Below are positions 54,470 to 64,000 of a stretch of 64,000 nt of DNA, piece by piece. The stretch comes from the human T2T-CHM13v2.0 reference genome, Homo sapiens, in assembly GCF_009914755.1 (NCBI RefSeq), contig NC_060928.1; one strand, 5' to 3'. Position 1 is the stretch's first letter. Each line of letters starts with the position of its first letter. The position numbers and the translations under genes were made by a program. The notes under the pieces are model-generated. The model saw only the letters and a program-made list of their open reading frames with translations, did not search any database and had not been told where the DNA came from.

Positions 54470-56100
54470 TTTAACAAGTTTGCTGTATAATGCTTAGAAA
54501 TTCCATACAAAATAAACTATTTACAATGGCAGCAAAAATATGTGGCATAGGAATAAATGTAAAAGCGACATCACATATTTTTGCTGCCACTGTAAATAGT
54601 ATATTTTGTATGCAATTTCTATTTTGGAATATTATAAAACATTAGCTGAAAAATATCAAAGAAGACTTAAATAAATAGAAAGTTATACCATTTCATTGGC
54701 AGGGAGAACTCAGTATCATACATTTGTCAGTTTTCCCAAAATTGATCCAGAGATTATTGACATTTCCAAGAAGAATTCTAAAATAGGTTGTCATCAAACT
54801 AAATAAGCAGATTAAAATATAGATATAGAAAAGCAAAGGGCATGAATGTCCAGTCACACCTGAAGAAGGAGATTAGGTCAGGAAGACGTCCCCTATGAAA
54901 GACAATGCTTATTAAAAAGCTGTAGTTGTGATATAGTGGATATTAATTCAAGAAAAGCCAAATAGTTGAATGCAATGAATAAAGAATCTAGAAACAAAGA
55001 CACATGTGTGTAAAAATATAGATGCATGACAGAAATGAAACTGTAAATTGGTGGATTGGTTTTGGAGCAGTTAGCTAAAAATCCATTCCAGATTGATCAA
55101 AAAATTAAATAATAAGGAACACTAACAAATGTTAAAGACCACATATGATAATATATTTATGACTTGGTGGTGGCAACATGATTGTCAAATAAGAACAAAA
55201 TGCACTAGCCGTAAAGGAAATATGGTTAAATTTTATCACATTAAAATTAGGACTTCATGTTCATCATAACACACAAAAAGAGAGTGAGAAAACAAGCAAA
55301 CTATGACACAAGACCAGCAACACATACTAGTGATAAAAGTCAGTGTCCAGAATATATAAACTTGAATATATATAGAAACAAACAGCTCGACGGAAAATTG
55401 TGCAAAAATATGAACAGGTAGCTTACAAAAGTGCAATCATGAATTACTAATACATCTATGAAAAAAAATGTTGTTAAATCCCACTAGAAATCATGAGGAT
55501 GAAGGTAAAAATCACAGTTAGCTGCCATTTGACACCAACAGACTGGGAAAACAAATTTAAATCTGATAGTACAAATGTTCAGAAGATTGTGACTCCCATT
55601 AATCAGCGGTCTTTGGGGCTTTACCTAGTAATGGTAAACACGTACGTTACCTATAAACACAGAAATTCCACTCCTTGGCATATAAGCTAAAGAAACTCTT
55701 GCCTATATGCACCAAGAGATATATACAACAATGTTTGTAGCTGCATTTTCACAAAAGCAAAACTTGGAAACAATTTGGTGTTTTCTAAAACCAGAATAAA
55801 CAAATGAAAGTCACATATTTAAACATGTATGCATCTCAAAAACATAATACTGAGCAGTAAAAGAAAATCACATGCGCACAAATACACATTTATATTTGGT
55901 AAGATTTATTATTATAAAAGCTAAAATTAGGCAAAACTAAATATTGTTCAGGAATATTAATATTTTCATATAAGTATTGATAAATTCAACATAATAAAAT
56001 ACCAAAGCTATTGATAATGTACAATGGTGGCTAAATGGGTAGTAGCCTTTTTATCATTCTTACATATTATCCGTTATATATAGTTGGCATATATTTTAAA
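54470..56100 (+). mobile_element. Old L1M (L1ME-like) ORF2/3' fragment
   Basis: aaagaagacttaaataaatagaaag...gtcagttttcccaaaattgatc...aattccactccttggcatata...tgcatctcaaaaacataatactgag. Confidence 0.75.
54495..54621. repeat. Local inverted repeat: 50-bp arms, 27-nt loop
   Basis: 54495-54544 versus reverse complement of 54572-54621: 3 mismatches. Confidence 0.95.
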
Positions 56101-56479
56101 ACAACAATATGAAATAACGTGATGAAAAAATTAACGAAGCTACAACATGAATCCCTTTTTGAGCAAGTTGTAAAAAGCGATCTGGGAGAGTTTCTCCTCT
56201 CTGTATCTAAAAGTACCATCTCATCTATATTTAAGACGTCGAATATAGACTCATGCAGTTTTGGTTTAACTCTTTAAAAACGGCTTTCAACAGGGTTTCA
56301 TGCTCCCTTAATTGCTTGTTGTTAAAAAAAAACCTATTTTCTCTGATGTCTTATTTTAATTTTTATAAACCAGTTTAGTTTAAAAAACAGTGAGTTACTC
56401 TAGCATTTACACTTGATTTGCTTTTTAAAAATACCTTCTAATTAAGAAAAAAATCATAGTTTAATATAGAGTCATTAGG

Positions 56480-56730
56480 ACAGGTGGGGGTGGGCGGCGA
56501 GGGGGTGGCTGGACTTCCTCGGGAGCGCAGATCTGTGTCCTCGCGGAGATCATCGTTCTGCACAGAGGAAGTCTGTGACGTGCGCTGCCACCCGTTGCTC
56601 CTGGCAGCAGTGAGGAAAACCAGCTTAGGGAGGCCCGGGGAGCACAGCAGAATGGCAAGCAGACTGCCAGCCAGAGGGACACTGTTCAGTACAAACTTGT
56701 TGACTCGGGGCACAGTCTGGACAGGCCGTG
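56480..56730. promoter_or_regulatory. CpG-enriched, non-repeat candidate enhancer/promoter
   Basis: GGGGGTGGGCGG (KLF/SP), ACTTCCTC and GAGGAAGT (ETS/PU.1), TGACGT (CRE half-site); many CpGs in an otherwise depleted window. Confidence 0.5.
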
Positions 56731-58089
56731 TGACAGCCTTGTGTTTCAATTACTCCAGCCCAAGGAGGCAGGAAAAAGGACCATCTAATTGAGAAACAGG
56801 CATTGTATCTAAATTGAGATTTCCAAGGGTGCATCCTTGTTAAAAAGGAGAACTCATGGTTAGGTGCAGCCTGCCCTGCAAAGCCTGGGTCACTGAGCAT
56901 CAGCAAGCTTATTTTTAAATCATCTTTTTTTTTTTTTATGATGACACCTCCGACTGGAAATCATTGACTTGGCAGAATAGCAAGTCACACATTAAGCAAC
57001 AAGCGAAATACACTAATCGTAGCTTGACTGTTTTGTAAAGAATTTCACAGCACAAAAAGTTAATATCATTGATTTGGAGGAAGTATGTAGGGGAAACCCA
57101 TATGTAGTGAGTATACTAATTGTGACAGCTCTTTTAAAAGCAGGCAGAAGGCATTATTGCTGAGGCAGCTTGAGGAGCTGTTTGTCATTTTAAAAAAGCA
57201 TGGAAGCCACAAAAAACAGTTGGGCAAGGCTTGGGAGAACTGAGGAATTATGAGAATAAAAAAGAAAAACCGGTAAAAATTCTCTTCCATTTCATTTGAG
57301 GAGCTCGGAATTCAATGCTTTCTCTTAGATAATGAGAGAGAGCAGTTAGAGGCAGACGGAAACAGCACGAAGTGCTCATTACTTTTAAATGTGCAATTTA
57401 AATACTCAAGTGTATCCATGGAAAAAAAGATTTAAATAGCAAGCTTCATTACTATTTGCTCCTAGAAGACAATGATCTCTGCAGATTGCCCCATTCTGTT
57501 GAAGTCAACATGGAGATGAATAGCAATTTTGCAGTTTGAGAAGAAGAGGGGTATGTGGGAAAACTGAAATGTGAACAAAACAACAGTTGGGCTTTTTTCC
57601 ATTGTTTATTGGTGCTTTGGGAATTCTCTGCAGCTTTATCTTTCATGATGGCTTAATAAGTAAAAATACAGGACATAGTCTACATGTTTGAGACATGATT
57701 CACAGAATGGTACTAATTCACCTAAGGGCCTCTGCCTGGCTTAGTCCACATAGCACATCTAAGCATCTGGAATCACACTGGCAATCTTCCCAAAGGCCAA
57801 GGGCTTTAGTTATTTTGCTGGTTATGTACATAGACCAGCATAAACTATGCAGCCATCTGTATTTTTCTGTACCAAGACTGAGTAAAATGAATTTATAATT
57901 TTGAAAGTGTTCATCCTTGATGGCCCCTTCACGCTAATTTTTATTCTTTTCAAACAACTGTAGGGTCTGGGATGCCCGGAACTCTGTTCACTCCAAATGT
58001 CCCATCCATCCTCATTTGCCTGGTTGCCCACAGCTTTGCCATCTCAGTATGTTCCCCACACAACGCCATGGGCAATTTGTAAGATCGCT

Positions 58090-58300
58090 AGCAGAGCAGG
58101 CTCTTGAACCACGCTGCCTAGGTTAAAATATCCACTCCCAGCTTGCTGTGTGGAATGTTGGGCAAATAACTTAGGTTCTCTGTGCTTTCTTTCCTGGCTT
58201 CTGAAATTTACCGAAGAGTAATAATACATTCCCATTCAGTTACTGTGAGGGAGAACAGAGCTCAGCACACTGGCATGCAATAGGTGCTCAGTAAGCGTTA
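58090..58300 (+). mobile_element. MIR
   Basis: gctgcctaggttaaaatatcc...ttgggcaaataacttaggttctctgtgct...taggtgctcagtaag. Confidence 0.7.
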
Positions 58301-58551
58301 TATGTAGTCATCCACACCACGCATCACTACTGTGACTGTGTTCCACCCTGAATCAAATCACTTTCTCTGTCAGCACCAACTCCTTCGACTGGGGTGAGTG
58401 TCAGCAGCGAGTGACATGCAGAGCCACACCAGGGCCCACAGCGTTTCCCAGAGAGGAGAGGTAATCCACAGGGGAGGTTCAGAATATGGAGCCTCCTAAG
58501 ATGGCATCCGTAATGTCGCAACCTTGGGGATATCAGAAGAATGGCAGGTGA

Positions 58552-58763
58552 TTTTTTTTTTTTTTTTGAGACGGGGTCTTGCTCTGTCACCCAGGCTGGA
58601 GTGTAGTGGCGCCATCTCGGCTCACTGCAACCTCTGCCTCCCGGATTCAAGCCGATTCTCCTGCCTCAGCCTCCCGAGTAGGGACTACAGGCGCCCGCCA
58701 CCACGCCCGGCTAATTTTTTTTTTTTTTTTTTGTATTTTTGGTAGAGATGGGTTTTCACCATG
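58552..58763 (-). mobile_element. 5'-truncated Alu with expanded middle A tract
   Basis: Ends at gggttttcaccatg; long T run at ~58715-58732. Confidence 0.88.
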
Positions 58764-61700
58764 ATATTTTACTGAAACTACCAAGGGGGGAAATTGAATA
58801 ACAGAGAACTCCAGAGTGTGCATTATCACAAAGGGCAACTTCAGGTAGAAGTCTCACTGATGTTCCTGGAGCCTGGGGATCTTGGTCATCAAGGAAAAGC
58901 TGCACAAAAAAAAGACAGGGTAAAAGGACTTCTGATTTTGCCAGAAGAGCAGTCAATGTTATGTAAAGAAAGACAGTTGAACCCTTAGGTTATTTTAGGT
59001 CATAAAAAAAGACTTGATTAAAACACATATTGTAGAGAAAATTTATAAAAATTTTAAGGATGCCAGTTCATGTGTGGACATAAGCTAATGAACTGGCTGG
59101 GGCAAAACCACTGGATTTTTGATGATATTCTAAGGAAGATGGCTTGATTCCTGGAAATGAAATTTATTAATAGAAGAGATTACCAGGCCTAAGGCATATA
59201 TGCTATTTTATATTAATTTTTAAAGAACTGAGTTAGGATGTATTTTACATCCTAATAGGAATTGTAAATAAAAAATAACTGTTTGACAATTATGCAGAAA
59301 TGGTTTTGTATTCAGTCTTGTTGTCTGTCATTGTCATCATACTCTTCCAAGGGTATATATTTTTGTGCAACTTACAGTCCAAAGGCAGGAAAGAACCCAC
59401 AAGGCCTTTGCTTCCACTTAGATGGAGTTAGAAGTTGTTTCCATAAGGTGATAAGAGAGGGAATTTAGTTCTCATTATTTCACCTGCCCCTACACCCTCC
59501 ATTCATCCAGATAGAAAGCCTTTTGATAGAATTACTCATTGCCCTTCTAGATATTTAGGTAGCTTCTTTAAAAATACAATTCATTAGATGGGCAGTGGAA
59601 GTTGACCAAAATATTCTGGGACCTATCATAGTAAGTATTGATTTATGAGAGCACTTTTCTCCTGACAGGTGGTGCTAGGGAAGCATGGAGAACAGGAGAC
59701 CAACTCCATGGGGGAAAGATGAAGAGCAATGGTGTTTTTGAGCATGGGCCCTGAATTAAGTAAGACATATGTTCAATTTCTAATGTTGACACTTACTAGC
59801 TGTGTAAATGGCCTTGGGCAAGCTCATGGTACAAGCTAAGCCTCATATTTTTTCATCTAAAACAACAGGGATTTTAGTTTCTGTTGTATTATGAAATAGA
59901 TATTAATAATAATTATTGAGCAATTAGTGAAACTGTTCATAACCAGACTGACTGTAGGCAAGTATGAACTCTAACAGATTAACTATGTGTACAGCATAGA
60001 GACACACAAGTGGATAATGTGAAGATAGAGGAAAGGACATATGCATTCGAATTTCAATTTGAATTTCACAGCGGTAGTCAAATAATACCTACCATCACCA
60101 GAAGCATAAGAAGTCCCCATGCAGAGCTGTGGTTTTCTAGCCCTTCTTCACGCTTCCCCATAGCCTTGATGGGCTAGATGCTGGCCATGGTTACCATGCA
60201 CTCACCTGGCGAGGGCTTTGTTATAGCTTCATGAGTCTCAGAAGTTGGACCTGCTGGCTTTAGAGTCCGACTAATTTTGTTTTTCTCCTAGAAGTTGTTT
60301 CTGAATGGATAATTTGGTGTTAGACAATTAGAAATTCACTGGATTTCTGGTCTAGGCAAGATACATTTGATTGATTTTTCTTTTCATGTAATCGTTTCTG
60401 GTAAGTCTCTGAATGAGCATGTTTTCAAGCTTTTTATTATAAATAACAAAGCAAAATACAAGTTATAGAAAGACATTAGAGCTTTCTTCTAATCTTCTTG
60501 CCTGTTGTCAGTCTCCTTTCTCCTTTCTTCCCTCCATTCCTTCTTCCTCCTTCCCTTCCTTCCTGCCTTTGTACCTGCCTTCCTTTCCTTTTTTTTTTTT
60601 TGTTTGTAGTGGACAAATTAGTTATCATCAATTTATTTCTGAATATCTCAAAACTTGAAATGCACAAACATATGCTGTTAGTCACAATACTTAAATCACC
60701 AAGTGTCCTTTTTATTTTTTACATTAACCATAGCTTTGGGTTCAACTATACTGGAGAATTCTATTCCATTGAATTAAAAATTGCACTTCAATATCAATAC
60801 TGCACTAAAAGCTCTGGCATTGAATTGGTGTAATTTTAACCTTCTAATAGAAATGGTTGGTGTGGGGTTTCTATCCAGCCAGCACATGCTTTAATTTTGA
60901 GAGAAGTTCTTTGAAGAATGTCTAATTGTTTTCGGAAGTATGTCCTTTTGTTTTCATAAAGCTCACTTTTCCATTCCCTGTGCCAACATTTTTAGCCGTT
61001 GTGGGATTTTCTACACTGTTGCTTGAAAGTCAAATTTAAGGTCTTAGGCAATTTCTGCTTAAAAATTCCATGTGACAGATAGAATGGAGGTTGAGACTGA
61101 ATTGTACCAGTGATCAAATTAGGTCAGCTCTACACAGCCATGGCTGAATATGTATAAAACCAAAACATTTAGGCTTTCACGTTATTACTAAGTCAGTCTC
61201 TCCCCCTGCCCCACCAAATAGAATCTATCTTTTTATTGTTAGAGGAAAAATTGTTCTATGGTTTGTTTTTTTAATAGATTTACAAACCTCTGAGTTTTTA
61301 TAAAATACAATGGGTATTTAATTAACTTATGAACTTAAAGCTTAAACCACATTATTTCCTTTTTTAAATGCCGAATGGAAGGAGCTCTTCTGATGGGTGA
61401 ACCTACCCTTCCTTCATATAGCTCAGTCCGTCAATATCTTGTCTCAGCATGTCTTTTTTACAATTTTACCCAAAGAGAGATGGATAGAACAAGGTTGGCT
61501 AATGGCCAGATCAAGGTGGGGAAAGGAATCCTAGTGTAGATAATTTAACCCCTTTCCTCCTGCCTGTCCTTACATCCACAGCCCTATGTGGCTAAGCATA
61601 AAGAGAAGTGCTGCACCTTGACTGCTGAATTCTGAAAAGGTACAGAAAAAGTAAGTGGCCAGAATAGAGAAGAATTACAAGTCAGATAGATATTCCTCTG

Positions 61701-62213
61701 ATGAGTGGAGGGTGGGTGCAGAAAGGCAGGAGGAAGGTTGCGGAAAACCTAGTAACACCCATGTAGTAGAGCGTTCCCATGAAACAACTTCCAGACTCGG
61801 AGAATGAAACCTGTTTACCAATGTACCTGCTCAAGGAGGATTTTCCTGATCCCCTTTTCCACCCTCATTCGCTCATGCCCCAACCTGGAAGAACAGAAGT
61901 AATAGCTATTGAAAAAGATAGAAAAGGAGAGAGAAGCTGGTCACTCCTTTCCTTAGCTACATGAAAGAGAATCTTCAAGTGAAGATCAAGGTGTTGTTTC
62001 ATGGAACTAAACGTTCTATATATTTTTTAAATTCGTGTATATTTTATGTCTTGAATGTCATGATAGGACCAAATTCCATGAGGTCCTCTATAACTAGGAC
62101 AGTGAAAAAAACCTGACTTGTGAGATACTTATCACAAAGCAACCTTATCTGAATTCTCAATTTAAGTTTTCCAGGATAATTTACCCTACTTTTGGATTAA
62201 GAAATAAAAATCT

Positions 62214-62726
<513 letters not shown>

Positions 62727-62859
62727 TCATGAACATTCCTAAATCCTGATAGAGATATACAAGGACTTTGAGGCATCTTGCTGTTGCATCTTGAATGTAA
62801 TCCAACTTCTCCATGTTGTATTTACCTGAATAGTCAAGATGACTTGACACAGGAGGGCA

Positions 62860-64000
62860 TAGGGCATACTACAGTTCTTGAGTTTTTAAAAAGCATTATA
62901 AATGTAAACTTTAGAAACTTACAAAGAAAAAATGCACTGATCTTATTTGTGCAACTTCCTGAGTTGTGATAAATGCAACCACTCATGAAACCACTGTCCA
63001 CATCAAGATATAGGATATTTTTTATCATGCCTGAAAATTTTCTTTTAGCCCCTTTCAGTTAATCTGCATAGCCACAGGAAACCACTATTCTGATTTCCAT
63101 AATGATAAATTAGTTCACCTAGTCTAGAACTTCATGTAAATGAAATTATATAATATATACTCTTCTCTTTCCAGGTTCCTTCACTTGGTATAATGTCTGA
63201 GATTCAACCATGTTGAGAGTATCAGTAGTTAATTCATTCTATTGTATGAATCTACAACAACTTGTTTATCCTTTCTCCTGTTCGACATTGGTTGTTTCCA
63301 GTTTGTAACTACCATTAACAGAGATGTTCTCAACATTTTGTACAAGTGTTTTCAAAAGTAATTTTCAAAATATAAACTTTGTACTTTTTTGTTGTGTACT
63401 CCTATGCACATTTACTTTATTGTTTTTGATGAAAATATCAATAGGATTGTTTTTCCCAGATTTATTGAAATATAATTGACATATAATTGTATATATCTAA
63501 TGTATACAATGTGGTGTCTTATACATATACAATGTGAAATGATTACCACAATCAAGCTAACATATCCACCAACTCACATGGTGACAATAACCATTCTAAC
63601 AGTTATGAGGTGATATCTCCTTGTGGTTTTAATTTGCATTTCCCTGATAATTAGCAATGTTGAGCATTTCTCCATATACCTGTTGGTCATTTGCATGTCT
63701 TCTTTTGAGAAATGTCTATTCAGGTCCATTGCCTATTTGCTAATCATGATATTTGCTTGCTATTGAGTTATTAGAGTCCTTGGCATATTTTGAATATTAA
63801 TCTCTTATCATATATTTACTTGCAAATATTTTCTCACATTCCATGGGTTGTCTCTTTATTTTATTGATTTTCTTAGCTTTGTAGAAGCTTTTTAGTTTGA
63901 TGCAGTCTATTTTTGCTTGTTTTGCATGTGCTTTTTGCTATTTTATCAAAAAAATCATTCTCCAAATCTACATCAAATAGCTCCATGTTTTCTTCTAGTT
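62860..64000 (-). mobile_element. Two adjacent antisense L1M fragments (older L1ME/MC-like, then L1MA/MB-like from ~63445)
   Basis: aaccactattctgatttccat...tctagaacttcatgtaaatg; tttattgaaatataattgac...gtggttttaatttgcatttccctgat...gagaaatgtctattcagg. Confidence 0.8.

Noticed and set aside
60199-60217. U1 snRNA 5'-end-like sequence / minus-strand donor CAG|GTGAGT
   Set aside because: Similarity to U1 does not extend; an isolated donor word without a convincing acceptor is common by chance

Overview
This is primate (most likely human) euchromatic DNA that is intronic or intergenic. It is AT-rich and CpG-depleted and is dominated by interspersed repeats: about 19 Alus (AluJ/S/Y), old L1M fragments, L2, MIR, MaLR/ERV solo LTRs and hAT MERs. 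I found no protein-coding exon, RNA gene or prokaryotic-type system that I can support. The long ORFs in the track come from a 36-bp VNTR or from Alu/L1 sequence. The most notable structures are: (1) an apparently non-TE inverted duplication with ~0.55-0.6 kb arms, a ~1 kb spacer and patchy near-identity, a candidate gene-converting or invertible cassette (7200-9420); (2) a TSD-flanked, polyadenylated 3'UTR-only retrocopy with a 5' inversion (twin-priming geometry) that resembles the MBNL1 3'UTR from memory (40349-41088); (3) a ~37-copy 36-bp minisatellite whose unit carries two palindromic TF-like motifs and a near-match to the PRDM9 motif (34654-35983); (4) a 50-bp-stem fold-back just downstream of a THE1B LTR; (5) an MLT1A-like LTR with its TATA segment triplicated; (6) a small CpG/ETS-rich element with a Kozak-initiated 46-aa ORF. 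Repeat subfamily names are recalled from consensus sequences, not computed, and boundaries of old repeats are approximate.
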